A stretch of 64,000 nucleotides of DNA from Planctomycetota bacterium (GCA_965222115.1 CBDCTJ010000001.1:544001-608000); one strand, 5' to 3'. Positions 30,207 to 43,428 are shown, numbered from the stretch's first letter. Numbers and translations: made by a program. The notes: a model not told the origin generated them from the sequence alone.

Positions 30207-30839
30207 GTGAATCCTCGCGTCGTCGATCAGCCGATCTACATCGCCACAGGCAATCCTCACAAAGTGCGCGAGATGGCGGCGATCTTGGAACCGCATGGAC
30301 TCACGATCCTTGCGCCCCCGCCACTTCCTCATGTGGAAGAAACAGGGTCAACGTTCGCGGAAAACGCAAGGCTCAAGGCGCGTGCCGCTGCCAACACGCT
30401 TCAAGCGCTGGCACTTAGTGATGATTCAGGACTTTCTGTTGCCTGCCTGGACGACGCACCGGGTGTACGCTCTGCGCGATTCGCCTTGGATCATGGACGG
30501 GGCAAGGAAAGCGATCCACGGGAGGTCCGCGACGCGGCCAACAATGCACTGTTGATCGAGATGCTGAAGAGCCGGGACGCACGAGATCCGGCAGCGGCGT
30601 TTGTTTGTCATGTCGTGCTGGCAGCCCCAGGCGGCGCGATCGTTGCCGAAGCCGAGGGCAGCGTGGCGGGTGTGATTCGCTGGCCGGCGATTCCGGGCGG
30701 TGGATTCGGCTACGACCCGCTCTTTCACCACGTTGAATCAAATCGACGCTTTTCGGAGCTTTCGCCCCAGCAAAAGCACGCCATCAGCCATCGCGGTGAG
30801 GCCCTTCGCGCACTCGTACGTGGCCTGCAGTCGACTTAA
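30207..30839 (+). CDS. rdgB: Non-canonical purine NTP pyrophosphatase (RdgB/HAM1)
   Basis: ATGNPHKVRE, EETGSTFAENARLKA, DDSGL, GFGYDPLF, ISHRG; directly follows rph. Confidence 0.95.
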   Translation: MNPRVVDQPIYIATGNPHKVREMAAILEPHGLTILAPPPLPHVEETGSTFAENARLKARAAANTLQALALSDDSGLSVACLDDAPGVRSARFALDHGRGKESDPREVRDAANNALLIEMLKSRDARDPAAAFVCHVVLAAPGGAIVAEAEGSVAGVIRWPAIPGGGFGYDPLFHHVESNRRFSELSPQQKHAISHRGEALRALVRGLQST

Positions 30840-30940
30840 GTCGCGTTGCCCGGACCCAATCCGCAGCATCGTTGAATAAATCCGGGATACATCGGCACCG
30901 AACGGGCTATCCGCGCGCGCGACTTCTACAATCTCGCGCC

Positions 30941-32772
<1,832 letters not shown>

Positions 32773-32776
<4 letters not shown>

Positions 32777-34350
32777 TGGCGCCGGACGACGTTTTCGTAC
32801 CCCATCCGGTTTCGACCCCCATGCCGGAACGCGACGCAGGCGCATCCGACGACGGACTTGCGTACACCGAGGGCGAACAGTTGCTCGCGCTCTTCAAAGA
32901 CAACATTGAGGCCATTGCGATCGCCATCGTCATGGCACTCGTGATCAAGTTTTTTTGTGTGGAAGCCTTTCAGATTCCAACCGGATCGATGCAACCCACG
33001 CTCATGGGAGAACACGGAGGTCGCCCCGGTGATCGCATCTTGGTGGATAAGTGGGCCTATCTGTTACAAGACCCCGCCCGCTGGGACGTGCCGGTATTCC
33101 GCTACCCTCTCGATGAATCCAGGAATTTCATTAAGCGCTTGGTCGGGCTACCCGGCGAGGAGATTCGCATCGGCCCCTTTGGCGACATTTGGATTCGCAA
33201 CGCCGCCAAAGCACAAGAAGAGCGCACCGACTTTGAGATTGCCCGCAAGCATGCCCGCGCACGGAATCAACTGTTTAGTCCTGTGTATCCGCCCGCGGAA
33301 CTTCCGCGCGCCAATCGGAGCTTGCGGGAAGACCATCGCGTGGGCAACCCCGACAGCCGATTGGGCCCGGAACACTACTGGCGACGCCTGAACGACGAAC
33401 GCCACGCGTGGTCATTTCCCGCGCTGGGACGGTTTGAATTCGGCGGTGGCGAGCAAGCCGGATTCGAAAACATCTACACCATCACGAAACACACCTCTCC
33501 CTCATCGTGGTACCAGGTTGGTGCCAGCGCACAGGCCGTACGCGACATACGCGTCATGGGAACGATCACGTGGCTCGCTCCGCCGAAGGGCTCGCCGACA
33601 CCCGTTCAGGACTCTTCATTTCGCCTGTCGTGGCGTCCGGATGATCACTTTGAAGCCGATTTCGTCATATCGAACGACCCCAAACATTCCACGGTCCACA
33701 TTCGGCGGGATGACGTCTTGGTTGCCCGCAAGGCCATCAACCTGCGCGGGGGGCCGGGAGCGTCATACGCATTTTCATTCGAGTATGTCGATGGCGATGC
33801 CCGCTTGACGATCGACGAGACCGAGATTGCCGTCGTCCCTGACGGACGGGCCGTGGACGACGCGATCGATCAAAACAAGCAAAGCCTATCGGTCTTCGCC
33901 GAGGGCAGTGCGCTCGTGCTCTCCAACGTCCGTATCCACAAGGACTTGGTGTATGGCCGCGACGGCGCACACGCGGAAGAGATCCGCAGCGGGATGGTGA
34001 TTCCAGACGACAGCTACTTTATGTTGGGCGACAACACCGACCACAGCAAGGACAGCCGTCGTTGGGACATTACCTGGAGACGACTCAAGGACGGCGCCGT
34101 CATTGAATACGACGACAGTGAGAGGAATTTCGAGCGCAAGGTGGATCGCAACGACCCCTCCATCTACTGGAACGTGGTTACGGACCGCAAGGGGGTCGAA
34201 CGCCGATGGCAATCCGACGAGGAAGAACCTGGCGGTCGAGGCGAGCGATACGCACCCTTCGTGCGACGGGAACACATTGTGGGGCGGGCGTTTTTGAAGT
34301 TCTGGCCTCTCACGCCCAACTTTCCCAATCGACTTGGGTTTATTCACTAA
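32773..34350 (+). CDS. lepB: Signal peptidase I with large insertion
   Basis: FQIPTGSMQPTL (catalytic Ser), NFIKRLVGLPGE (catalytic Lys), YFMLGDNTDHSKDSR, IVGRA. Confidence 0.93.
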
Positions 34351-35102
34351 TGTCATTGTTGGAAGCCCGCGAACTGCTGAAGGCCTACCGAAAGCGCGTT
34401 GTCGTAAACCGCGTGTCGTTGCATGTAGAACCCGCAGAGATCGTCGGTCTCTTGGGTCCCAACGGCGCAGGGAAGACAACCACGTTCCGCATGGTGCTTG
34501 GCATGGTGCGACCCGACCGCGGCGAAGTTTTGTTTCAGAGCCGCCCGCTGACCAAACTGCCTATCTACAAGCGCGCGCGACGCGGTATTGCCTACCTTCC
34601 TCAGGAACCCAGTGTGTTTCGGCGCATGACCGTTGAAGGCAATCTCATGGCGATCCTCGAAGCCATGCCCCTACGTCGTGCCGCACGCAAGGAACGCGCA
34701 AGCAAGCTCATCGACGACCTCGAACTCGGTCACGTACGCACGTCGCGCGCCGAGGTGCTATCCGGCGGTGAACGGCGACGCCTGGAACTTGCCCGTGCCT
34801 TGGTTCACGATCCCACATTGCTTTTGCTCGACGAACCGTTTGCCGGCGTGGACCCCATCACCGTTCAGGAGATCCAAGGCATCCTGCGACGGCTGCGCGA
34901 CGAAAAAGGCATCGCCATCCTGCTCACCGACCACAATGTGCGCGAAACGCTCGCCATTACGAATCGCTCCTACATCATCGCAAGTGGGTCGATCTTGCGC
35001 CACGGCACGCCGGCAGAACTCGTACGCGACGAAGTGGTACGGCGAACCTACCTCGGCGAGGGCTTCTCGATGCCCGAACTCGCTGACCCCTCCCCGGGCT
35101 AA
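34350..35102 (+). CDS. lptB: LPS export ABC transporter ATP-binding protein
   Basis: EIVGLLGPNGAGKTTTF, YLPQEPSVFR, LSGGERRRLE, DEPFAGVDP, LTDHNVRETL. Confidence 0.95.
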   Translation: MSLLEARELLKAYRKRVVVNRVSLHVEPAEIVGLLGPNGAGKTTTFRMVLGMVRPDRGEVLFQSRPLTKLPIYKRARRGIAYLPQEPSVFRRMTVEGNLMAILEAMPLRRAARKERASKLIDDLELGHVRTSRAEVLSGGERRRLELARALVHDPTLLLLDEPFAGVDPITVQEIQGILRRLRDEKGIAILLTDHNVRETLAITNRSYIIASGSILRHGTPAELVRDEVVRRTYLGEGFSMPELADPSPG

Positions 35103-35183
35103 AACTGATCGACCCGATGTTCACTGGGGCCGCGGCGCTTCGGCCGTACACTCCTCTCCCCGACTGAGTTCCCGGAGGCTTCC

Positions 35184-35933
35184 ATGCACATCGTGGTCTG
35201 TATCAAACGCGTCGTGGACACCGAAACGCGCGTCAAGATTGACGACACCGGCAAAGCCATTGCGCTGGACGGCGTTCAATTCATCATGGCGCCCTACGAC
35301 GAAATGGCGGTGGAAAAGGCCATCCAATTGCGTGACGCCGCAGGCGAGGGCAAGGTCACCGTGGTCACGATGGGACCGGCCGGTGCTACCAAGGAGCTTC
35401 GCACCGCGCTTGCTATGGGCGCCGATGAAGCCATTCACAAAGTAACGGAGTCAAGCGCGGGGCCCCTTGCCACCGCGAAGGTACTGCGTGATGCCGTAAA
35501 GGACCTGGGGGCCGATGTAATTCTCTGCGGCAAGCAAGCGACCGACGTAGACGACGCCGCCGTCGGACCGATGTTGGCGGCGTTGCTCAATCTTCCCTGT
35601 GTGGCGTTCGTGGATGCGCTCACGGTTGAGGGCGGCAAAGCGAACGTTGAACGTGAGATCGACGGGCTTCGTGAGTCTCTCACAGTCACGTTGCCCGCTG
35701 TATTCACGGCGCAAAAGGGGCTGGCCGAAGCGCGCTATCCCGGTCTCAAGGGAATCATGGCTGCGAAGAAGAAGCCTCTCATGGCGGAAGACGTGACCCC
35801 CGAGTCGGGCAAGAGTTCCTTGCGTTCGTTGACGCTACCTCCCTCACGCGGCGCCATGGTCACCATTGAACCGACCGCCGATGGCATGAACGACCTGTTG
35901 CAGAAACTTCGTAACGACAAGAAGGTGATCTGA
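35184..35933 (+). CDS. etfB: Electron transfer flavoprotein beta subunit
   Basis: IVVCIKRVVD, PYDEMAVE, ALAMGADEA, CGKQATD, RYPGLKGIMAAKKKP. Confidence 0.95.
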   Translation: MHIVVCIKRVVDTETRVKIDDTGKAIALDGVQFIMAPYDEMAVEKAIQLRDAAGEGKVTVVTMGPAGATKELRTALAMGADEAIHKVTESSAGPLATAKVLRDAVKDLGADVILCGKQATDVDDAAVGPMLAALLNLPCVAFVDALTVEGGKANVEREIDGLRESLTVTLPAVFTAQKGLAEARYPGLKGIMAAKKKPLMAEDVTPESGKSSLRSLTLPPSRGAMVTIEPTADGMNDLLQKLRNDKKVI

Positions 35934-35934
35934 G

Positions 35935-36903
35935 ATGGACGTATTGATTTATGCCGAGTGCAGTCAGGGCGATTCGGGTCTCGCGATCAAGCGTTCCGCG
36001 TTTGAACTGGCCACGGTTGCGCGCAATCTTGCGGCGGGCGGTACCGTCTCCGCGTTGGTGGTCGGCGGGCCAGAGGATAGCGCCACCACGCTGGGCGAGT
36101 ACGGCGTAACGCAGGTACTCAATGTAGGGGGCGATTCGTTCCCTCGCTATGGACTGGAGAGCTACGCGGCCGCCCTGATCGCGGCCATTGAGAAGACGTC
36201 CGCAGGCGCCGTTCTTCTGGCGGCGACGGTAGCGGGCAAGGAACTTGGCGCGTATGTAGCGGCGCGAATGGATCGCGGACTATTGGCTGACGTGGTTTCG
36301 GCAACGGTTGATGGCGATAACGTCATCGGCAACAAACCGCGTTTCGCCGGTAAGGCCTACGCGGAGATTGAAGTGCCTACGCCCTGTGTCGTAACGGTGC
36401 GCCCCAATGCTGTGGCGCCCGAAGCTGCACCGACATCCGCAAGCGCAACATCACTTGACGTGTCCGTTGGTGAGCAACGCATTCAACTCGGTGAACTCAC
36501 GGGCGCAGGTGAGAAGCAACTCGAACTCACAGAAGCCGATATTGTTGTCTCGGGCGGTCGCGGCATGGGCGGTCCCGACAACTGGGATTTGATTTTGAAC
36601 TTGGCCGAGGCCTTTGGTGCGGCGCACGGCGCATCGCGAGCCGTATGCGATGCCGGCTGGCGTCCACACGCCGAACAAGTCGGTCAAACCGGCAAGACCG
36701 TATCGCCCAAGCTCTACATTGCGTGTGCGATTAGCGGAGCGATTCAACACGTGGCGGGCATGAGCAGCAGTAAGGTGATCGTCGCCATCAACAAAGATGC
36801 CGAAGCACCTATTTTCAAGATCGCCGACTACGGCATCGTGGCCGACGTGAACGACGTGCTCCCCCTGCTCACGACGGCCGCTAAAGCGTTCTTGGACAAG
36901 TAG
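35935..36903 (+). CDS. etfA: Electron transfer flavoprotein alpha subunit
   Basis: LTEADIVVSGGRG, GASRA, QVGQTGKTVSPKLYIACAISGAIQH, AINKDAEAPIF. Confidence 0.96.
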   Translation: MDVLIYAECSQGDSGLAIKRSAFELATVARNLAAGGTVSALVVGGPEDSATTLGEYGVTQVLNVGGDSFPRYGLESYAAALIAAIEKTSAGAVLLAATVAGKELGAYVAARMDRGLLADVVSATVDGDNVIGNKPRFAGKAYAEIEVPTPCVVTVRPNAVAPEAAPTSASATSLDVSVGEQRIQLGELTGAGEKQLELTEADIVVSGGRGMGGPDNWDLILNLAEAFGAAHGASRAVCDAGWRPHAEQVGQTGKTVSPKLYIACAISGAIQHVAGMSSSKVIVAINKDAEAPIFKIADYGIVADVNDVLPLLTTAAKAFLDK

Positions 36904-36977
36904 CCCACGAGGCGATGTAGGATTGCTGGTACGTCGCGTCCGACCCACGCACGTCAACATCCAGTAGTTAAAAAACC

Positions 36978-37523
36978 ATGCCAACCGCCGACTCGCCCGG
37001 GCCGCTCCCTGTTGAGAGCGCACCGTCCGCTCCCCTTGAACGCGCTCCGACAGATTCGCGGGAGGGGATCGACGCCGCTGCACCCCCACCGCCTAGCCGT
37101 GCGCCCCAGCATCAAACACCCGCGTTCACGCCGCCGCCCAAACGCCAATTTCCCGATCCGATTCCCGGTCGGGGTCGATTTCGGTCGTTCGTGCTCGATC
37201 GACTGCGAGCCAGTCCACTGCTCCAGGGCTGCATGGTTCTCGCGTTTCTCTGTTACGGCGCCATGCCGGTCATGCTGTTTTGGCACGCCGATAGCCCAGC
37301 GATCCGGTTCTGGTTCGCGATGATGATCGTGATGAGCTTGGCGTCGTGGACGCTGCTCTTCCATTGGTATCCCGTGCTGGAAGAGACGCAGAAGGCGCTT
37401 GGAAACAACGAGAAGGGTCGCATGATAGGTGGTGTTCTTGAGTCGCTCGCGATCGGATGCGTCGTCGTCGTCCATGTCCTTATGGCGATTTCCATCCTTC
37501 GCCAAGCAGGGATAGGGTTATGA
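36978..37523 (+). CDS. Hypothetical membrane protein with Pro-rich N-terminus
   Basis: Three hydrophobic segments in the C-terminal half. Confidence 0.55.
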   Translation: MPTADSPGPLPVESAPSAPLERAPTDSREGIDAAAPPPPSRAPQHQTPAFTPPPKRQFPDPIPGRGRFRSFVLDRLRASPLLQGCMVLAFLCYGAMPVMLFWHADSPAIRFWFAMMIVMSLASWTLLFHWYPVLEETQKALGNNEKGRMIGGVLESLAIGCVVVVHVLMAISILRQAGIGL

Positions 37524-38875
37524 CACGTCACCGACACACCCCCATCAACTGGCACACCCCCACCAACTCGGCCCACTTCGTTCAACGTCTTACGTTTCTC
37601 GTTTTCGTGATGGCCGCGGGGTGTTGGACGACCGACGCGTTTGCCGATGAACCACCGCCCACATGGGGCACGCCTGCACCACCGTCAAGTGCAACGCCTA
37701 CCCCGACGTCCCGTGCTTTGCCTCCACCCACTGTGCGCAAGAAGCGAGAAGGCGTTCCATTCAAACTCAAGCCCGTCGTCGCGCCCCCCAATCATCCGGG
37801 CACCACCGCGATGCCATCCGGCACAACAGCAACGCCGCCAACGAATTTCGCAACACCATCCCCAGGAACGGCAACTGGCGGTACGTGGGAAGTTGTGGAC
37901 CCCAATCGAGTCCAACCTCGAGCGACTCCACAATGGCCCGAGACTTCGTCCACCAACAAACCTCACGAGGCGCCGGGTACAAATCAACCGCCCGCAGAAG
38001 CAATGAGCGAAGGTCGCTGGTCCATGCCAGCAACGGGCGACGGTGAACCTTACGTACCGCCCGCAACGCCAGAGGCGGATTCTTGGAGCGAACCCTCTGA
38101 GGGTTCCGAAACCGCACCGGATGAGATTTGGAAACCCGCATCGCGCACATCGCCCCGTGTCCCGTCGAATGAGCAAGCGCCATCCGGCACAACGGGGCGC
38201 AACACGACGGAGAGCAATGCAACCGGGTCGAGTCGAATCGTCGAACTAACCAAGCGTCACAACCAGACATCGCCAAGTGGCGAACCTGCACTCGTACTGC
38301 ATGGCGTCTTTGAGGCGGTGGCGGAACGCGGCAATGATCTCCATGTCGCCGCGTGGTTTATTGATCGCGAAACGAACAATCGTCTGCGTTCCTTACGCAC
38401 GCCCTATGCCGATCAGTCGGGCCACCTCACGGCACAGAGCCGCGCGGTCCAGGTCACCGACGGGCTTGCGCGATACGAGTTCAACTTGCACGTGGCCTAC
38501 GCGGCCTTTCCCAGCAGCACGCGAGGCGCCAGTTACGACGTGGATGCGTGGGTACAGCTCTATCGACACGAGTCCGACCGCGAAGTTCGCGTGCTTGCCG
38601 AACGAAAGACGTCGTTCCGCGTATTCGCATCGGCCACACCTGCGCCTGCAGACGGCGATAACGATGCGAAGAGAGCACGACAAGACGAAGCAGGTCCCAA
38701 CTACCCCGTACCTGAAGACTCCCCTTCACCTGAAGACATTCGGTGGAGTTCGCCCCAGGAACGCGAGGCGCCGGTTGCTGCGTCGCCGAGTCGTCCTCTA
38801 CGCACCGCACGCCCTAAGGCGCCGCGCGATCCATCTACGTTGCCCGCTCCGAAAGTTCGTCGCGTAACGAAATAA
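37520..38875 (+). CDS. Hypothetical secreted Pro/Thr-rich protein with a C-terminal beta-rich domain
   Basis: ORF 37457..38875; likely start ATG 37520 overlapping the upstream stop. Hydrophobic segment then AFA|DE, long low-complexity linker. Confidence 0.55.
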   Translation: MTRHRHTPINWHTPTNSAHFVQRLTFLVFVMAAGCWTTDAFADEPPPTWGTPAPPSSATPTPTSRALPPPTVRKKREGVPFKLKPVVAPPNHPGTTAMPSGTTATPPTNFATPSPGTATGGTWEVVDPNRVQPRATPQWPETSSTNKPHEAPGTNQPPAEAMSEGRWSMPATGDGEPYVPPATPEADSWSEPSEGSETAPDEIWKPASRTSPRVPSNEQAPSGTTGRNTTESNATGSSRIVELTKRHNQTSPSGEPALVLHGVFEAVAERGNDLHVAAWFIDRETNNRLRSLRTPYADQSGHLTAQSRAVQVTDGLARYEFNLHVAYAAFPSSTRGASYDVDAWVQLYRHESDREVRVLAERKTSFRVFASATPAPADGDNDAKRARQDEAGPNYPVPEDSPSPEDIRWSSPQEREAPVAASPSRPLRTARPKAPRDPSTLPAPKVRRVTK

Positions 38876-38889
38876 GCGCGTGCCGGTCT

Positions 38890-39135
38890 AGCCCGGACTA
38901 TTCATGAAGCGCGCGTCGAGAAGTCCGCAAGCACGCGTCCAACTGCCGTTCGCTCACAAATTTTAGTGCCGCTTGGCAACTACAGATTGTTCTCGCGAAG
39001 GATTCGGATTCAAGGTCGAAGCGGTGGTTCTGAGGCGATGCCAAAAGCATCGTCGAACGGTTTTCCGCAAAGAGATTGGAGTCGAAGACCAGCGAGAACC
39101 GCGCGATTTGCGCCAGTTCATGAATAGTCCGGGCT
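38890..39135. mobile_element. 246-bp MITE, copy 2
   Basis: Same 19-bp TIRs as 15227..15472 (20 bp here with flanking T/A). The right end overlaps the TAG stop of the response regulator gene. Confidence 0.88.
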
Positions 39136-39817
39136 ATGCCTTGAACTTGTACCCACTGCCGCGCACGGTCTGAATCCAACGCGGGTCGGTGGGATCGTCA
39201 TCAAGTTTTTGGCGAAGCTTGTTGATGAAGTTGTCAATGGTGCGCGGCGTGCCGTCGTAGTCGTAACCCCACACCTTGTTGAGTATCTGATCGCGCGAGA
39301 GTACCCGCCCACGGTTTTGAATCAAGTGGCGAAGCAATTTGAATTCGCGCGTAGATAGCTCTTTGAGGGTTCCGCGCACGTTGAGCATTTGACCGGCAAA
39401 GTCAATGTAGAGCCCTTCCTCTTCGAAGATCTCGACGTCACCTTCAATCGCACGACTGCGACGCAGCGCCGCCTTGATACGGGCGGTCAACTCGCGAACG
39501 GAGAACGGCTTTGTAATGTAGTCGTCGGCGCCCAGTTCCAAACCGAGTACTTTGTCGCCCTCGTCGGACTTGGCCGAAAGAATAAGGATGGGAATCGTGG
39601 TGTCGTACTTGCGGACCGTCTTGCACACTTCAAACCCGTTCACGCGCGGCAACATAATGTCGAGCACGATCAGATCGGGCTTCTTGTCGAACGCGCGCTG
39701 GATGGCCTCTTCTCCGTCGGTGGCAAGTTCCACCGAGAAGCCTTCGAACTCAAGGCTACGCTGCAAGCCGAGACGAATGGCGGGGTCGTCTTCGACGATC
39801 AGAATGCGTGCGTTCAT
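39134..39817 (-). CDS. OmpR/PhoB-family DNA-binding response regulator
   Basis: ILIVEDD, DLIVLDIMLP, LGADDYITKPFS, winged helix RTIDNFINKLRQKL...TVRGSGYKF. Confidence 0.95.
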   Translation of the reverse strand: MNARILIVEDDPAIRLGLQRSLEFEGFSVELATDGEEAIQRAFDKKPDLIVLDIMLPRVNGFEVCKTVRKYDTTIPILILSAKSDEGDKVLGLELGADDYITKPFSVRELTARIKAALRRSRAIEGDVEIFEEEGLYIDFAGQMLNVRGTLKELSTREFKLLRHLIQNRGRVLSRDQILNKVWGYDYDGTPRTIDNFINKLRQKLDDDPTDPRWIQTVRGSGYKFKA

Positions 39818-39949
39818 TGTGGACGATGCTCCGTAGCCAGGGATCTTGACGCTCGTCGCCTGGCCTACATGCGGACACAGGTTCGTAGCGTCACGAGGCA
39901 AGCCCCGGCAGGGCTCGCACCGTACGCACTCGGGGCGACAGCGACGCGG

Positions 39950-42049
39950 TCAGGAAACTGACTCGCTCTTGGCAATCTTCCTCGTTTGCGGGGGCACATT
40001 GTGTACGGGATCGAGGGTCGCCTGGGGAGGAGAGGGGCCCTCTGCAGACGTACGCGTGACACGCGGAAAGCGCAGCCGAAAGCGGGTTCCTTGTCCCTGC
40101 CGGCCCGTTTCAATGTCGATCGTGCCCCCGTGCGCACGAACGATCGTTCGGACCAATGCGAGGCCAAGTCCGGTACCGGAGACCGGTTGCGTCAGCAGTT
40201 GTTCGGCGCGATAAAACATCTCAAACACACGCCGCCGCTCCCCCTTTGGAATGCCGATGCCGTCGTCTTCCACGACGAGTTCGAGGCGACGCCCGCGCAC
40301 GGCCGTGGCGACGCGAATATGGGCCTCATCGCCGCGCCGATACTTCCACGCATTGGAAAGCAGATTGGTTACAACGTCGTTGATGGCGTCTTGGTCGAGA
40401 CGCATTAAGAGCGGGGAGGGGCCCAGCGAAATGTGAAGGTGGAGTCCGGACTCGGAAACGATGCGCCGAAAGCGGGTGGTGGCCTCGCGCACAGGCACAT
40501 TGAGATCGCCCGCAACGAGTTGTTTGCCCGGTTCAAAGCCTCCGGCGCGGCGAGCCACCTCAATCATGCGACCCACGATGCGCTGGAGGCGATCCGACTC
40601 GGCGGATATGACCGAATAGGCCTCTTCGCAATCTTCGGGCTTTTTGATTTTTCCGTCTTGAAGCATCTCAGCGAACAGTGAAATGCTCGTAATTGGCGTC
40701 TTCAACTCATGCGAAAGATTGCTGACGAAGTCGGCTTTGAGTTGTGCCAAACGCATTTCGCGCGTGAGCAGGCGCAGCAAGACATAGCCGCCAATGCCCA
40801 TCCCGGCGCCGGCCAACCCAATAATGCCCCAATAGAACCAGTTCGTGGAATCGTCTCGCGGGCGCGACGGGTCGCGCACCTGGAGCAAGGCAACGCGATA
40901 GGGAAGCTGCCAACCCGGAGGTGACGCCATGGACTCACTGCGCGCAATCACATTTTCGTCAGGCAGTCGCGCGCGATCGGGCACGAGCCGCACATCCATT
41001 CCCAACCCTTCAAATCCCATCTGTTTGGCACGTTGCGAAATGAACTCCGAAACGCGCTCGGGTCGCATGCGAAACACGACAATGCGACCGGCCTCACCCC
41101 GCGGCACGGCAGCCAACAATGTGTCGTCACTGGCCTCCACGACGGGCGCGTCTTCCACACCTAAACGCAACGGGGACAGTACGGAGTCGAGTCGCTGGTG
41201 AAACTCAGGTTCACGAAGTTGGTCACGGAGCTCTCGAAGCGAGGCGACTTCCCAGGCGGCGTACTCGGGCGCGGTCGTGGGTAGCGGCCCCAACATGATG
41301 TCGATTTCCTTTGACAACTCGGCGAGTGCGGCCTTCAAGTCACCGGGATTGATGTCACTGCGACCCAGATTGAGCGTTTCCACTTCGATGGCGCGACGCA
41401 GTGCCTTGCGGAGATCGGCCACATCCGGACCATCTCCCTTGCCTTGGTTGGCCGATCGCAGCATCTTCGTGGCGTACTTGACGGCAAGTGGGTAACGCTG
41501 TGGCTCACCGGGTTCCTGACTGGTCACGAGCGGCCACCATTCGGCAACCGACATCCACTTCTTGAGCGCCGCGTCAGGGCCCTGCGCACGTGCCGCTTCC
41601 GCTGCGGCGGCCTCTTCGCGCGCGGCCGACGTTTCATCTTCAGCATTGGCCGGTGCGGTCCATTCCGCGAATCGTTCGGGCGGAAGCCAGAGTCGAACAT
41701 CGCCGTCGATCCAGCGCACGGCACCGGTGCCGTCTACTTCAAACGCACCCAAGATCAACGAACCACCGGGACGTTCCACGATGCGCTTGAGCGCACCGCC
41801 GCTATCACACTCCCGGGCGTAGTTGGTGAGCTCCAGCGAAAGCGCTTCGCGCACCGACGAACGAAGCTCGCGCAGTTTCTTGCCGGCCTCTTGAAGGGCG
41901 TCGCTACGTGCCCGGGTCTCGGCTGCATCGCGGCTATTGGCCAATGCCCACAACCCAAACGCGGACACCGCCAACACGAGAAAGAACACCACCAGCACAA
42001 TCACGACGGCGGTCTTGGACCAGCGAGGCAGGCCGCGTAGTTCACTCAT
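39950..42049 (-). CDS. Membrane sensor histidine kinase
   Basis: Two TM helices; H-box SHELKTP, N-box NLLSNAWKY, DDGIGI, GTGLGLA. Confidence 0.93.
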   Translation of the reverse strand: MSELRGLPRWSKTAVVIVLVVFFLVLAVSAFGLWALANSRDAAETRARSDALQEAGKKLRELRSSVREALSLELTNYARECDSGGALKRIVERPGGSLILGAFEVDGTGAVRWIDGDVRLWLPPERFAEWTAPANAEDETSAAREEAAAAEAARAQGPDAALKKWMSVAEWWPLVTSQEPGEPQRYPLAVKYATKMLRSANQGKGDGPDVADLRKALRRAIEVETLNLGRSDINPGDLKAALAELSKEIDIMLGPLPTTAPEYAAWEVASLRELRDQLREPEFHQRLDSVLSPLRLGVEDAPVVEASDDTLLAAVPRGEAGRIVVFRMRPERVSEFISQRAKQMGFEGLGMDVRLVPDRARLPDENVIARSESMASPPGWQLPYRVALLQVRDPSRPRDDSTNWFYWGIIGLAGAGMGIGGYVLLRLLTREMRLAQLKADFVSNLSHELKTPITSISLFAEMLQDGKIKKPEDCEEAYSVISAESDRLQRIVGRMIEVARRAGGFEPGKQLVAGDLNVPVREATTRFRRIVSESGLHLHISLGPSPLLMRLDQDAINDVVTNLLSNAWKYRRGDEAHIRVATAVRGRRLELVVEDDGIGIPKGERRRVFEMFYRAEQLLTQPVSGTGLGLALVRTIVRAHGGTIDIETGRQGQGTRFRLRFPRVTRTSAEGPSPPQATLDPVHNVPPQTRKIAKSESVS

Positions 42050-42141
42050 GGTGTGCGAGGTGTCCGGTTTGAAGGGCCGAAGACGCCTTCGACCAAACGG
42101 TCAAGGTAGCACACACGCGTTGCAACGGAGCCGGCCGAAGG

Positions 42142-42921
42142 TTACGAAAGCGGGCGTAGGTCGGTCGTAAGGTGTCCCGGACGCCATGTGGGCGAACCCT
42201 GCTCGTCGCGTATCAACAGCCCGCGCTCAAGGTCGAGATCAAGCAAGTCGCCTTCGATCGCCGTGCCCCCCACGTTGCATCGAATGCGCTCCCCCACAAA
42301 TGCCATGCGCTCTCGCCATGCCGTAGCCATCTGCGTGTGGCCTGCGGGCGCCAAGTCGATGGCGCGCTGGCGAATATCAAAGCGTCGCAACAATCGAATC
42401 AGAATCTCGTCGCGGGTTGGCGTTCTTCGCTCGCCGGTTTCGGTAGCAATCGACGTGGTTCGGGCGGCAACATTGGCATCCAATCCCTCAGGGACACCGT
42501 CTATGTTGATGCCGATACCAATCAGCACACACGCGTCGCGGCCGGATCGCTCTAAGAGAATGCCACCGACTTTCTTGCGCCCGATCAGCACGTCGTTGGG
42601 CCATTTGATGGCAACGCGCGATTGGCCCACGTCAATCAAAGCGTCACTTGCGGCCACGGCCGCCAACGCAACCGTGTCGGCGGTGCCGTTCATGCCGCGG
42701 GGTGCAACAAGCAACGTCGTATACAGGCCGCCCGGCGGTGAAACAAACGATCGCCCTGCGCGTCCCCGTCCGCCGCGCTGCGTATCGGCAACGACCGAAA
42801 GACGAAACGGCGCGCCTTCATCACGAAGACGCGCCGCCTCTAGTTGTGTGGATTCGAGCTCGTCGTAGTGCCGCACGGCCCAACCCGTCGCGCGTTGCAC
42901 GTGACCAAGCGTCAACGGCAT
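42142..42921 (-). CDS. birA: Biotin-[acetyl-CoA-carboxylase] ligase (no N-terminal HTH)
   Basis: QRGGRGRAGRSF, IKWPNDVLIGRKKVGGILLE, IGIGINI. Confidence 0.93.
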   Translation of the reverse strand: MPLTLGHVQRATGWAVRHYDELESTQLEAARLRDEGAPFRLSVVADTQRGGRGRAGRSFVSPPGGLYTTLLVAPRGMNGTADTVALAAVAASDALIDVGQSRVAIKWPNDVLIGRKKVGGILLERSGRDACVLIGIGINIDGVPEGLDANVAARTTSIATETGERRTPTRDEILIRLLRRFDIRQRAIDLAPAGHTQMATAWRERMAFVGERIRCNVGGTAIEGDLLDLDLERGLLIRDEQGSPTWRPGHLTTDLRPLS

Positions 42922-42966
42922 TCCGAGTCCGTAGGTGTGTGAACGATGCTTGAAGTGGGCGTGGCG

Positions 42967-43266
42967 TTAGCTGTCTACCCCTGCCTTCTCTTTCATGGCC
43001 GCAATGTTGGCTGCGACCATCGGCTTGACCGAAGTGAAGAATCCAAATGCAAACACAACCGACCCGATTGCGATCAGCAACCAGTTAAACTCGCCGGTAT
43101 CGCCAATATGGACTCCAAGCACGGCGAACAGCCACATGACCGCAGAGATTGCCGCGCCGACTAGCATCAATAGCGCTGACTGGGCTTTCCCCTTTTGCCA
43201 CATCCAGAAATTTAGCACTGCTAGAGCAGCCCACGCGAGCATGAGCAAAATAAGGTAGATCTTCAT
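42967..43266 (-). CDS. Small hypothetical membrane protein (3 TM)
   Basis: MKIYLILLMLAWAALAVLNFW... with GGAGA upstream. Confidence 0.7.
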   Translation of the reverse strand: MKIYLILLMLAWAALAVLNFWMWQKGKAQSALLMLVGAAISAVMWLFAVLGVHIGDTGEFNWLLIAIGSVVFAFGFFTSVKPMVAANIAAMKEKAGVDS

Positions 43267-43428
43267 GATGTCTCCGCGCCCCAAAATGCGCCGGAATCCA
43301 GCTGGGGCGTGGCGCCATGAAAGCCCGCTCAGAATCGGTGTCAAGGTTCCGTTAGCTAAATTCTCACATAAATCCAGGGGACGCGGACTCCGTCTGACAG
43401 GCGTGCGGATTTCGCGTTCAATAGGGCC